Below, in pieces: positions 48,151 to 61,040 of a DNA stretch of 64,000 nucleotides. The DNA lies in NCBI RefSeq assembly GCF_036321535.1, contig NC_087437.1, forward strand, positions 17,796,001 through 17,860,000. Reading direction: 5' to 3'. The position numbers and the translations under genes were made by a program. The DNA is from Camelus dromedarius. Lineage: Eukaryota. The notes under the pieces are model-generated. The model did no database searches, was not told the origin of the DNA, and worked only from the letters and a program-made list of their open reading frames with translations. The first letter of the stretch is position 1, and every line of letters starts with the position of its first letter.

Positions 48151-49269
48151 AAGTAAGAGCTTAATAACTCATTTTACATGAAGATAACAACGCTATTTGA
48201 TACTTAAGTTTTCTTAGCATTTTCCAGATTTATGTGTTAGACAAGTTAATCCTCAATTCTATGTTATCTACTTTGTCAGCCAAAAGAGAGAATCTTGGTC
48301 TCCTCAGGAAATTTAGTGAACAATAAAGCAGATGTAAAGGCACAATTTGGATATTTCAAGTTCAAAGACTTGTCTAAAGTATTAACTTCTTATAGACAGC
48401 TTAAGTCAGGTGTAATCATACAACAATCTCAGATGTGGTGGACACTTTTTTTTTAGTTTATAATATAGGGATGATGGAGTTGGGGGGAAAAATCACTTCT
48501 ATTATTATTGATAGAAACACAAAGTCATATCATTACACGTAATGCTGGTCCTCTGAGCATTTTTCACGCACACGTTTATATCTGCCATTTATCAGTTTTT
48601 GAGTCCAGTGGTTCTCACCTAATAATCTCCTGAGTAGTAACAAGCCAGAGGCCCATCATATTTGAACAGAACCCTTCCTAAGAGCCCAGCAGCCTTTTTC
48701 CTGATGAGGACGATCCAAATGTTGGAGGGTCTGTGGACAGCCCTTGACTGTGACTCCAAACTGAAAACACTTGAAAGAGAGCTGGGAGGATAGCTTGCCT
48801 AACAGTGGACTTTCAAGCTTCGCTTGTTTCTGGAGAAATGGTCCCACAGCATGAGCCTGGGCTAGTAAAGCAGGGGCAGGACCTACAGTGGCCAGATTGT
48901 CAGTGCCAAGAAGACAAAACGGAGTGAGGCTGAGCAGGTTCGGTTAAGTTAGACTAGTCACAGCGAGGAAGAAAAGGTCCCCACTGGGCCTGTTTGGTGC
49001 CAAGAAGAACTCAAGGGGGCTGAGGTGTTTGTTTCTGTCATGGAGCTCTGGCCCTGTCCTTGGTGGGCCTTCCTCTAGGGACCTTAGGCCTCAGGTGGTC
49101 AAAGATGCTCTGCATCTCCTGGAAGAGATGGTCCTCCTCATCCAGCCAGGGGCCCTTCATTTCCAGAACTCATGTTCTAGGCTTGCTCCTCAGGGCCAGG
49201 ATTTCTGTTTTATGTCAATGGCTAGTTATTCCTAAAATCTACTCCCCTCTTCTAACTTACTGACAAACT

Positions 49270-49795
49270 CTGGTTTTGTGGGGGCTGATAGTATGCCCAG
49301 CTTAAAAACAAAAGAAAACAACACATTTCCAAGTCCCTTAATGGATAACAGTACCCATGTGATGTTCTGATAAATGAGGTATAATCTTGCCGGGGCAAGG
49401 TTCCCTGAGCACTGGGAGTTGATGAGTAGTGTGCTTCTGGGAAAGTGCCTTTAAAATGGGGGCTGACTGGCTGGGCATGTACATTTTTACATGCACCCCC
49501 ATTATCCTCTAACCTTTACCTTCCTTCTTCTTATTTGCCCTTTACTCCTTCACCTTCTTCCTTCTTCTTGCCTCCTACCTGGAACTCTGATGTGATTGCC
49601 AGAGCCACAGTATTCATTTTGCAACCATGAGGCAACCCTGAGACTAGAAACCATGCTCTTAAGATTTGCAGAGTATCAGCAACAACAGTCCTAGATGTCA
49701 ACCTCCAGACTTCACATGGAAAACTAAATTCTTATCTTATTCAAGTCACTGTAGTTGGGCATCTGTACTTTGTAGCTTAATATCATCCTGATTAG
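49270..49795 (+). mobile_element. MaLR LTR (MLT1K-like)
   Basis: acatttccaagtccctt...cttgcctcctacctggaactctgatgtgattgccagagccacagtattcattttgcaaccatgaggcaacc...caacctccagactt...ttattcaagtcactgt. Confidence 0.7.
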
Positions 49796-52700
49796 GGTAC
49801 TTATCTTCTAGCTGGACCACCTATGATAGGGGTGGGAAGTTGGATGGAAGGAGGAAGTATCTCCTTCACTTTAAAAGATCTGTTGCATTTAGTTTCCATG
49901 GAAGGATGACATGATTGTCAGTGAGGATTTCCCTGACTCAGTTGTCCTTTCCAGCTGGGGGACTGGGAGGAGGTGGGCATTTGGGAGAAAACAGTGTCTG
50001 GAGGACCAGACAACCAGCATAGAACCAGCAGGAGCAGACACTGCCCCGGGAGCTGCATCCAGACCTCACCACCTGCCTGTCCCTTGGTTTGCTCAGAGAA
50101 GCCTGGCGATCTGAGATTCCATCGAACCTGATGAACCTTCAACCTGGAAAGAATTCTAACAAAATCTCTTTCTCCAAGACTCCAAAGTCTGTGTTCCATA
50201 GTCGGTCTCTTGATATTATTTATGTCTTTTAGAAAAACAAAAAACCTGATTTGTTTAAATTAGAGCTCCTGGTCTGGAGAGTGTGTACCTCTGAGGGCCT
50301 GATACTTCTTGATCACGTCCTGAGACCTGGGTCTCCCAGCATTAGAAAATTTAATTCTCAGGACCCAAAACTAATCCTGCTAGTTCCCTAGCAGGAGAAG
50401 CCTTTCTCAAACTTTCTTCAAGCGTTAGGTGATGTGATTGCAAGTAGACACCTACTTGAGAACCCCGTTCATCCTCCCCTTTTACTACTGAATTACCGTA
50501 ATTAATCACGTATAATACACATTTGCCATAAATTATGTTTTCCTGTGCAGGCTTTTCTGTCTCACCTTTAAGCGGCCCCAGCAAAACCCTCCCTGTCCTC
50601 TGCATTTTCTTCCTCCCCTTCCCCGCCTTCATCTCCTGGGGCCCGTGTCTGCCAAAGGCCCATTAAAGTAATCATTTCCCACCCTGCCCCCAACAGCACC
50701 GTGCACCTGGTAATAAATAATATGATCATTGCCTAACAGGCACTCGGAAGAGCCCTGTGATAAATAAAGAGACTTCTCATCTCTCCACAGGCTCTGCAGC
50801 GAGGGCTGGCAGAGGAGAGAGAGTTGGCTATTAAAGAACTCACATAGCCACAGGCAAATTCTCTCACCACATCTCCTTGTGGAGACCTTTCCTTAAAAGC
50901 CGAGATTGCTCTGATGGTTCAAGGTGCTATTGAGCTCTAACCGGGGACAATTACAAGACTCCAGTCACAGCATCTGAGGCGATGCTTGTGTCTGATAAGG
51001 TTGCCGGAGAATAATGCAGAGGAGCGAGGCCGATAATGGGTTGCTGAAAGGCTGGGCATCTTCGCCCAGAGCCAGAAGACAGAAGCGGCCCAGCGCTGCG
51101 GCGGGAGGGCTTCCCCCTACCCCACCCCCCAAATTCTTTTCCATTTTTATTGCATTAAAAAAACCACTCTCTAAACATGCACTTCAGAAATGGTTTTTTT
51201 TCCCTAGCTCCAAGCTAGTAATACTCCTCACCAACTGATTTTTATAGCATGACAGCTTTTGAGAATAATTCTGCTTTTGTCATTCAGTTTTTTTCTTTCT
51301 TTCTTTCTTGTTTTGTTTTGAGAAAACCAGAGAGGGAACAGTTGTATTTTGTCCCTTCCCTTTCTCCGGTTGTGTGGTTGTTCCCTATCATTTTCCACCT
51401 TGCCTTGTTCTTTGGCTTCAAAAACCTTTTATAAAAGCCAAAAACAAAAGCCCACAACCACATTCTTTCATGGTATTTTTTTTTTCCTTTTTCTTTCCGT
51501 CTTCCTGCCTGTGGTCTGTTGTCTTTGGGAACCCCCCGCACCCCCATCTCTCAGCTCAGATTTGAGGAAAGCCAATTTCCAGGGTTCATCAAATTTAGAA
51601 ATTCAGGCCATTTCAGCAAACACCATCTAAAAAGACAAAAGATGTGAATTCAGTCCCAAGACAGGTTATCTTTAAGCAACCTGGAGACAAGAGGGACCAG
51701 GGATGAAGGAGGGGTTCTATTAGTTTGCCTTTCCCAGAGTGGCCAGGAGCCTAGATTTCCTGCCGGCTCAAGGCAGGGCCAGGAGAATAGGGGCCAGGGA
51801 CCAGTTTGGAGGCTGGGACCACGCAGTTGGAATTTCCCCGTTCTTTTTCTCTCTCACTTTTGGACTCTAGAAGAAGTAATGTAGGTAGGGCCTAAGAGTT
51901 CTGGTGAACCAAAGGCAATTCCTTTTGTGCGTGTTTGTGTGTGTGCGCGTATGGCAGGGGGAGGAGGGCAGCATCTGTCAACCCAGGCTGTCATGCTCAG
52001 TCATGTTTCTCTCATCACTTGAAGCTACTTCTAAGGGAGAATCAAGTTAACAAGAACACTTGCTGATCTCAGAAAATGTAAGCTTGGGCTCAAATGAACA
52101 CAGGAGGCTCAATAATGAATTATAACAAGATTAATTCATTAATAACAATAGATTAATACAAAAGAGTGTAACTGTCAGGTTCTGGGCCATGTGGTACAGA
52201 TTCCAGATGCTACTGGAACCCACAATACCAGGAAAATAGTGAGAGCTTGGGTAGTTGGGGCCATCACTGGGGACAAAGTGGGCTTTATCTGGGTCTCGAA
52301 GGATGAAAAGATCTCCTCCTGACGTCGGGCTTCCAGAGAGAAGCCATTCACCTTCAGTCCTCCCTTAAGGCTGTCTTCATGATTGCATGGTGCCTGCATA
52401 CGAAGGTGAACATACCTGCATCTATGATTCTACTTCCAAGTACTATTTTGAATCTCCACGAATACTTGCCCAGAACAGAGGGCACTGGATCTGATATCAC
52501 TTCGGTACTGGTGGTTTCTGACTCCCTCCCCATTAGCAGTGGGAAAAATCAGACCTGCTCCATACAACTTAAGGCTCCAACGAGGGTGATGAGGAAGGAG
52601 GCACAGGAAATCAGAGGAGACCTGGATTCCTGAACTCACTGTCTGTAAAGCACCAGCAGCAACCTTGGGCGAATCCTTTCTCATCCCTGGGCTTCTATTT

Positions 52701-53184
52701 CCTAATCTTCTCTGATGAGTTGATGAGATCAATCCCAAGGTCCTTTGGGGCCACAGCCCTCAGGATGCTGGTGGCCATGTCCAGGAGGCCAGCCACGCCT
52801 GCTGACTTGCCCTATGACAGCTCATGGTGTTGAATAGTTGGCAGTTGCAAACACTCCCTCCTGAGTTGCACAAAGATCCAGTAGGATTTCTCAGCCCTCT
52901 GTTCTGGTGTGGCCAGTAGGTAATGGCCAAGCAGGCATCTAGAATTAGGGATTTCTAGTCATAGAAAAGAGCCAGGATTCCAAGGGAGAGTCTTAGGAAT
53001 TCTTACAGTGAGTGCTGTTCTGTCACGTATGGCCCTACTTGAAAGGAAAATATAGGCATAGGGCCTGAGAATAGAATTCCTATAGTTTAAATTCAGGGGT
53101 TTGGGCAACACATGAATTAGGAAAAAAATCTATAGCTTTAATTCATTTCAGAACAATCTGTCCCTCAAGTGGTGAATCTGGGAC

Positions 53185-54176
53185 CTGAACCAGCGACATA
53201 ATTTGTGGGGCCCAAGACAAAGTGAAGATGTGGAGTCCCTTGTTCAGAGATGATTAAGACAGAATGGTGATTATTTAAAAGTCCACAAATGATAGATGCT
53301 GGTGAGGGTGTGGAGAAAGGGAACCCTCCTACACAGCTGGTGGGAATGTAGTTTGGTGCAGCCATTATGGAAAACAGTATAAAGATTCCTTAAAAAACTG
53401 AAAATACACTCACCTTATAATCCAGCAATTCCAGTCCTGGGCTTATATCTGGAGGAAACTCTAACTCAGAAAGATACATGCACCCAATGTTCATAGCAGC
53501 ACTATTTACAACAGCCAAGACATGGAAACAACCTAAATGTCCATCGACAGATGACTGGATAAAGAAGCTGTGGTGTATTTATACAATGGAATACTACTTA
53601 GCCATAAAATGTTATAAAATAATACCATTTGCAGCAACATGGATGTCCCTGGAGAATGTCATTCTAAGTGAAGTAAGCCAGAAAGAGAAAGAAAAATACC
53701 ATATGAGATCGCTCATATGTGGAATCTTAATAAAAAAGACGCAAATGAACTTATTTACAAAACAGAAGCAGACTCACAGACATAGAAAACAAACTTATGG
53801 TTACCAGTGTGGGAAGAGGGTAGGAAGGGATAAATTGGGAATTCGAGATTTGTAGATCCTAACTACTACATATAAAATCGATTAACAAGTTTATACTGTA
53901 CAGCACAGGGAACTATGTTTAATATCTTGCAGTAACCTACAATGAAAAAAAATACATATATATGACTGAAACATAATGCCGAACACCAGAAATGGACACA
54001 ACATTGTAAACTGACTATACTTTAATAAAAATATATATACACATAATAAAAAAAAAAAAAGGATGATTAAGGATCTCAACTGGTAAGAGCAGAGCATTAA
54101 ACCAAGCCTGGGGCCCCCTTGTAAGTGCAGGGCCCCGTACTTCCACATGGGTCACAGCCCCACGAAGTCAGCCCCG
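53185..54176 (-). mobile_element. MER45A (hAT-Tip100) split by an L1 insertion (53185-53258 and 54062-54176)
   Basis: acataatttgtggggcccaagacaaagtgaagatgtggagtcccttgttc and agcagagcattaaaccaagc...gggcccc...gaagtcagccccg are the two halves of reverse MER45A. Flanks tctgggac and ctgggtac resemble an 8-bp TSD. Confidence 0.8.
53260..54060 (+). mobile_element. 5'-truncated camelid-type L1 (ORF2 C-terminus, 3'UTR, polyA) with TSD
   Basis: ORF 53478-53855 PMFIAALFTTAKTWKQPKCPSTDDWIKKLWCIYTMEYY...FAATWMSLENVILSEVSQKEKEKYHMRSLICG. PolyA to 54060. TSD core gatgattaag at 53249-53258 and 54062-54071. Confidence 0.95.
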
Positions 54177-56754
54177 CTGGGTACCCTCACAGAGGAGGCG
54201 AGGATGGTGAATACTGGGCCAGCAGAATGCGGGAAGTCCAGGGAGGTCACGTTGCTTACTTTAGGTAATGAACTTACTGGAGCATCCAGTTGACTGGGTT
54301 CCAGACACAGGGTGAGTATAAGCCTGACATTTCCCAGGGGATTCTAACTGAAAGCATTCTTTAGTATTACCGCCCATTGTCTGACTATATTTCACTATTT
54401 GTTTTTTTGCTGTTTTGTTGCTCAGAAAGCTCAGCCATCAAATACATTAAAAATGTTCATAAATTTTTGGTCCTTTGATTCCAGTGCAAAGAGTAAGTAT
54501 TGGATTGATATTCTATGTTGTACAAGACGATGTGGGGAGTGCAGAGGCCATGACCCTGGTCTTCAAGGAATGACAAGCCTCAGGCACTGACCAAAGCAAG
54601 CCCAGAAGTACGTCTCCATAAGGACACTTTGTCAGTCATCAGAATGTGCAACTTGATGTATCCGGACGCAACAAATGGATTTCCTTAGCTATAGTCTGTG
54701 GGTCAGACCTGTGACTTTTTCAGGCCTAGTATTCAGGAGTAATTGAGTAAGTGACCCAAAGATGCCTAAAATATCTTCATTAAAACCTTTTGTTGAAGCA
54801 CAGATTTGAATCAGGGCTGCGGGGTGCCAGCCACTTGCTCACATCTGCCTTTTGCTGCGGCCTTGGGACTTCTTGGGGCCAAGTCTGCGGGGCAGCAGCA
54901 TGTAGGAAGACGGGGATTCATGAGGACTGAGAATTTACCCTTCTAAAATGTTAAGGCATAAATGTGAGTCAAGATTTTTGCTTATTCAGGCAGACTGCCT
55001 CCTAGTTAGTCTGACAGAGGAAGCTTTTGCTGAATTTCTCCTCTGTATCTGTGTATTTTTATGCCCTGCTTCCCCACCTCTCCCACTGATTTATATTTTC
55101 CCGCTGTTGCTTACACTCCTAAGGAGTCTGAACTCTTCCAGCATAAGCCTTGTGTCTCTGTCCTTTCCCACACAGGTGACAGGGACTCAGTGCTCCTATG
55201 TGTCAAAGGAAATATACAAATCAATAACAGAAGGTACTAGCATAGTTTGTGTTTGGCTGGAACGATTTGAAAAGAATATTTTACTTGTAAGCCAATTAAA
55301 TATTTTGGGCCTCGAGTAGCTAGTGGTAATATGAAAAGGTAAGATTTATAAGTCTAAAGACATTTCTAGGTTTCCAGAAAAGATTTATGAATTGCTGTTT
55401 ATCAAGAACTGACTTCTAAAGAGCCATGAGTCCTTGGTGCTAGCACCCTAGGAGTTCCATAATGATCATCTCAGAAAGCCCCAATTCCATGCATTAAATA
55501 AACTCTGAGACCCCTGTTTTGTTCCTCAAGGGTCTTTAGATCTAGCTTTCAGCATGAAAGCCAACGTCAGGACTAGATTGCGGGCAGGGATGGGCGTGTT
55601 ATTAAAGAAGAATAAGCAGCTGCATTTGCCATGAGACATTTTCTCGTATTTCTGGAGAACTTTTGAGCACCAGTATCATCCCCTCCACACAGCCCCTAAG
55701 TGAAGAGGGTTCCTCAGAGCACCACAGCTTCCAACCAAGAGCCCTGGCTCTTTTCAAAAGTGCGCATGTACTAAAAAGCCCTCACTGATTCAGTTTAAAG
55801 TTAGGGAAGTCCCTCACGTCTTAAAAGAAAAAAAAAAAAAGAAAAAGCAAGAAAAAATAATTCTTAGTTTTCCAGAGTTCTAAAACTTATTTTTTTAAAT
55901 TAAAAAATTTAAGCTGCAGATTTACAAATCAGCTATTAACTTTTAAGAGTTTCATTATAGCTAAAAAAAAATCATAATTACTTGAGGTAGGGGAGAAGGG
56001 GGTGTCTACTTTATTACTAATGGAAACTATACATATAGATGAAGTGTCTATATAAAAAAATGGGAGCTGCGATTATTTTAATACTGTCTCACTGATATTC
56101 AATAACTCACCCTTCTATTTCCTATTGTCCATATTTAAACACATCAAAAAGAATTCTAATCAAGTGGAAATTAATAGGGGAGGAAAGACTGGGGCTGGCA
56201 GGAGAAGGTTCTAATCCCACTATCTCTTAATATTTCAAAGTCTCTTTTATTTTCTTAATAAAAGGGCAAGAGAAAGAGAGAGGGAGAGAGAAAAGGGAAT
56301 TAATCCAGTGCTCTGAACTGCCCTCTCATCTTAATGCTTTAAATACATTCTAAGAGAATATCACACATGAGAAGGCTATTTTTGGGCAAGGGCCAGTCTT
56401 TACTTTGGCTTCTCAACTTTTTTTCCATCTTTCCTTCTTCCCTCCCTTTAGTCTACCAAGACAAGTCTCCCTTCCTTTCTCCATTCCCAAGATCTTCAAA
56501 ACCCACAAGTGAGAGCTGTATTTAAAATCCAAGCTCCTGACATAATCTGTCCACACATCTCCCCCTGCCCTACTCCTTCCCCCTCCATCACCTGCGGTGC
56601 TGCTCCCTCCAACGCACCCTGTGCATCCCTGCCTCTGGGCTTCTAGACTTGTTCTTGCCTCCTTCCCTCTACTTTTCCCTCTTCCTGCACATCCTAAATA
56701 TTCTTCAAGTCCCACCTTCTCTAGGATCGTATCTCTATGTAACTTCTTACAAAT

Positions 56755-56950
56755 TGTAATAATAATAAAACATTATAACTATAAATATTTATTATGCAAT
56801 TCCAGTGTGTTAGGCAACTTACTTGCGTTGTATCATTTAATCCTTTTAATAATCCCTGGGAGATTATCCCAACCTCATAGGTGAGTTCTGGGACTAGGAA
56901 AAGGTTAAGTCAGTTGTCAAAGGTTGGATAAGTCTTGAATGGGAGAACTG
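56755..56950 (-). mobile_element. MIR SINE
   Basis: aatatttattatgc...gtgttaggcaactttacttgcgttgtatcatttaatcctt...aaggttaagtcagttgtcaaagg. Confidence 0.65.
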
Positions 56951-57184
56951 GAGGTAGGCTGCTAACATCTGCTTCCACTTGCGATTGGAACACAGTAGAT
57001 TCTCAGTGCCTACTTAAAGGTATGGATTTTTCCTATGAACTTTATAATTTTCATTGTATGCACTCAATCACCATGTAAGCCCATTTTAGGTGTTCTAGAG
57101 ATATACATGATACAACCTTTCCTCTGAAAATGAGTCAGTGCTGACACACTATCTCATAGATATTAACAATTGATCAATGGGTTG

Positions 57185-57565
57185 ATTAATTCATTCATCC
57201 ATTTAACCATCACTAACTGAGCACTTCCATGTGCAAGCCACCGTTCTAGGCACTGGCGGACATAGTAGTAAAGAAAATATACAGAAAATTCGTGCCCTCA
57301 TTGTGTTGCCCATATTCTAGTTGGAGAGGCAGAAAAACAAAGCTATGCAGGAGAATAAAGCAGGAGAGGAGATGGGGGCTGCTAGAAGAGGGGAGGGCTC
57401 CAATTTTAAATAGAAATATCAGAGGAAAACTCACTGAGCACCAGAAGAAGGTGATGGAATGTGGACATTTGGGTCAAGAGTCATCTAGGCAGAAGGAAAA
57501 GCAAAGACAAAGGTGGGAACATGCCTGAAATGTCCAAGAACCAGCAGTGAGGTCAGGGTAGCTCA
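57185..57565 (-). mobile_element. L2 fragment
   Basis: attcattcatccatttaacc...aactgagcacttccatgtgcaagccaccgttctaggcactgg...atgcctgaaatgtccaagaaccagcagtgaggtcag. Confidence 0.8.
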
Positions 57566-57740
57566 CGTACCTCTAATTATAGAGAGAAACTCTAAGTACA
57601 TGTGTATGTAGACATCGGTAAACGTTGAATATAGACCCACATGGGCAGGCAGATCCCCAAAGTCCACACAAGGATTTTGAGCAGGAAGACAGGAAAGGCG
57701 TATAAATGAATTACTCTAAAAACAGTACTGGAATAGTTAG

Positions 57741-58438
57741 TGTTTTAGTCTAGGTTCCCTAGAAGACAGTCAAGGATGAAGAGCTGAGTATCTGGGAGGT
57801 CAAATCCCAGGACAGAGAGAGCATAAAGGTGAGGGAGGCAGGGAGGAGAGGAAGCAGAGAAAGAGAATGCGATGATGCATGACTTCCCTGGTCACCGTCT
57901 TACCAGGAGCCTGGAGGAGACAAGCAGGTGACTTTGCAGGGGCAACTGCAGGGCCAGGCAGGGCAGCTCCAAAAGCTGCGTTTGGCCCAGTCCACGGGAA
58001 GGAGAAAGAAGAGGAAATTTATTGGTGGGCTCTGTGTCATGGCCTGTTTCCTGTTGGTAAAATTTCATCCTGTAGGTCACTAACCACCACTACTCATCCT
58101 CCAATCCCCCCCAACCTGGGACTTCTGGGTTGTGACGTCCAGCTCCCTTGGCCAGTTCCCCACCCTGTGGGGTGGATCTCATCAGAGTCTAGAAGTGGCA
58201 GAAGGGGACAGGGACGAGACTTGCATTCTGGTTAGCCTGGCTGCACAGCTGCGGCCTAGGTGGACGGGGACCCAGCATCCCCAGGCAAGCAGCTGGCGTG
58301 GCCGCAGTCAGAGGGAAGTGTGGGGTCCGGGTGGGGGTGGGAGGCAGGAGCAGCAGCTGAGACAGAGACAGTGGCTGAGGGCCTGGAGGCGGCGCTGCTG
58401 AGGGAATCTGAGGCGGCACAAAAGATGTGTCTGATACA
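57741..58438 (-). mobile_element. Ancient ERVL LTR (LTR16/LTR33-like)
   Basis: Starts tgttttagtctaggttccctagaag...tatctgggaggtcaaatcccagga and ends gctgagggaatctgaggcggcacaaaagatgtgtctgataca (TG...CA). Confidence 0.6.
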
Positions 58439-59594
58439 ATCAGAAAGCAGCACTACCTTTCAAAAGCAGGTGCTTATACAACCCTAAAAACAAGTTAGAC
58501 AGAAGGCCTACTTCCCTTCAGTTTAGGATCAATTGTGTGTATGAGAGAGAGAGAGACCAGAGGAGGAGTGAAAGATGGATTGGGAGAACAGCCATCTAAG
58601 CTATAACTAAGAAAACAGAACAGAGAAAGACGTGGATCTGATCCTCTCTTAAGAACACCAACTAGCTACACACACCCTTACTTTTAACAGGTCGGTCTTG
58701 ACTGCAAGACGGCCCCACAGATGTTACAGCCGGTGGGGGAGTGTGGAAACCTAGGTCAGAGGATATAAAAAAAATCGAACCAACTTAACTGAATATGAAT
58801 CTCTTACTTTTTAAAATGGGCAAATGTGGGAAGTGGATGGAGTTAACCACGGCGGAAGAAAAACTTCACTGTGTGAGAATTACATGTATCTCAAATACTA
58901 GATGACCTATTCTGCTATTTTTTTTTTCAATTTTCAAATCATGTGGTTATTGGAAAGATATAGTCAGAGCAGGAACTCCAGAAATTTAATTTTGTGAAAT
59001 AATATTATTTATAAGGTGAAACAAATCTAGAGGGAACAGAAACATATAAATATATAATCAAGCGTATCACGAAGGCAGAACTGCAGACAACACATTTTTG
59101 GGCGTATGTCGGGAGAAACCTCTTTATAAAGATTGGATTTAGGCTTGCCTACATTCTTTCCAGTTCTTTTTGCCCTGCTCCTTGCCCCTGGACCTGATGC
59201 CTGATTGTGGGGTTACCTTTCCTTGGCCTTGCTCTGGTCTGCCTTCCCTCTGAAAAAGAGTTTGATGGCAATTCAGTGAATGAAATTGGTCTGTTGAGCT
59301 TTAATTTGGCATCATAGTAAGATCACATGTGGTTTGCGAGCCAACTCTGTCATTAAGAGGTTGCTCACAGAATTGACAGCTAGACAGAGCCTGGGGTGTC
59401 AGGGCAACCCTCCATCTCACACCTGGGTGAGCTGAAGTCTAAGGAGCATAAGAGACTCCCCAACACCTCACAACAGAAAGACATGCCTCCTGGCTTCTGT
59501 CAACATGCATTTCTAAGCATATACTTTCACTTCCACTCACAGGTAGGAAGCACGAATAAAGAAGAGGTTTAAGATTCAGTTGACACAAACACCT

Positions 59595-60103
59595 CTTATA
59601 TTATTTATTGCTGCATAACAAATTACTCTAAAGCTTAGTGGCTTAAAATAATAAATATTTTTCGCTCACAGTCTCTGTTGGTCAGGAATTCAAGAGCAGC
59701 TCATGTAGGTGTTCCTGGCTCAGGGTCTCTCACCTTGCAGTTGCCATATTGCCTGGGGCTGCAGTCTTTTGCAAGCTTACCTGGGACTAGAGGGTTTGTG
59801 TTCAACATGGCTCTCTCACATGGCTACTGGAAGGCGGCCTCAGCTCCTAGTAACAGGCTCCTACGCAGGACTGTCATGTCTCATGACAAGGCAACTGGCT
59901 TCTGCCAGAGCAAGTGATCTTACAGCAAGGTGGAAACCACAATGCTTTCTGTGACCTCGTCTTTGAAGTCACATCCCATCACTTCCATCACATTATTTTC
60001 ATTATATACGTCAGTCCTATTAAATGTGGGAGGGCCTACATAAGAGTGTGAATACCAGGAGGTGGGGGTCATTTAGGGGCCAGCATGGAGGCTGGCTACC
60101 TCA
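59595..60103 (-). mobile_element. MLT1F-like MaLR LTR
   Basis: tattgctgcataacaaattactctaaagcttagtggcttaaaa...ggtcaggaattcaagagcagct...gtgtgaataccaggaggtgggggtcatt...ggaggctggctacctca. Confidence 0.9.
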
Positions 60104-60229
60104 GGTTCTTTGAATCAAAACCAGAAATTCTTTCACTTGTTTGGAGACCTACTCCAGTTTTAGTAACTATCGTTACCAAGAAATCCTACCTATCTTTAAT
60201 CAGTTTTGCTGCCTTCCAGGTTTTCAAAC

Positions 60230-60420
60230 TCTTTTTTCATTTACCACCATCCTTGATCCCTACCACAATCCTGGAATAGAAAAGCAGGACTGGAATTTCT
60301 GTGTGAGACATGAAAAAGCCTGGGCACACAGAGATTAAGTAATTTGCTTACGGCCACCCAGTGATGGAGCTGAGGGTAAGAATCCACTTCATTGAGATTC
60401 ATGCCATTTGACCATATCAC
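60230..60420 (-). mobile_element. MIR SINE
   Basis: tgatccctaccacaatcctg...ggcacacagagattaagtaatttgcttacggccacccag...ggagctgagg. Confidence 0.7.
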
Positions 60421-60739
60421 CCTCTCTCCCCTTTCTTCATCACATTTCTTCCTCCTGATCATTACCCATCATTCAGTAAGTGCTTTAGCTCATAGCTCAA
60501 ATTCTTCCTCTCTGTGTTATCTGATAGCATCCTTGATGACTTCATCGTCCAAGCAGATGAATCCTGTCATTATGCCGGTCTCTCAATTCCTTGGCCTTCA
60601 CAGCTCCAAAGACCTCCTTCCTCCACCCTAGTTATCCACAACATGGACTGTCATACTGCTGTACCTCCAAATTCACTAATTCAAGCATCCAACTTCCTGA
60701 TCACAATCTCTCACAATCTTCTCTCCTTTCATTACTATT

Positions 60740-60958
60740 TGTGATGGTGATGGTTAATTTTATGTATCAGTTTGTCTAGGCTACAGTACCTGGTTGTGTG
60801 GCCAAATACCAGTCTAGATATTGCTGTGAAAGTATTTTTTAGTTGTGATTAACATTTTAATCAGTAGACATTGTGTAAAGCAGATTACCTTCCATAATGT
60901 AGGTGAGCCTCATCCAATCAGTAGAAGGCTTTAAGAACAAGGACTGAGGTGCCCAGAA
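60740..60958 (+). mobile_element. MLT2D-like ERVL LTR, 5' part only
   Basis: tgatggttaattttatgtatcagtttgtctaggctacagtacc...ccagtctagatattgctgtgaaagtatttttt...gtaaagcagattaccttccataatgtaggtgagcctcatccaatcagtagaaggc. Confidence 0.85.
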
Positions 60959-61040
60959 AGAAAGAGAGAAAGACAAGGAAGAAAGGAAGGCAGGAAGGCA
61001 GGCAGGCAGGCAGGAAGGAAGAAAGGAAGGAAGGAAGGAA
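60956..61040. repeat. Purine-rich (GAAA)/(GGAA)/(GGCA) tetranucleotide repeat
   Basis: gaaagaaagagagaaagacaaggaagaaaggaaggcaggaaggcaggcaggcaggcaggaaggaagaaaggaaggaaggaaggaa. Confidence 0.9.

Noticed and set aside
53478..53855. 125-aa ORF as a possible gene
   Set aside because: It is the C-terminal fragment of L1 ORF2 in a 5'-truncated copy, with no promoter or RT/EN domains.
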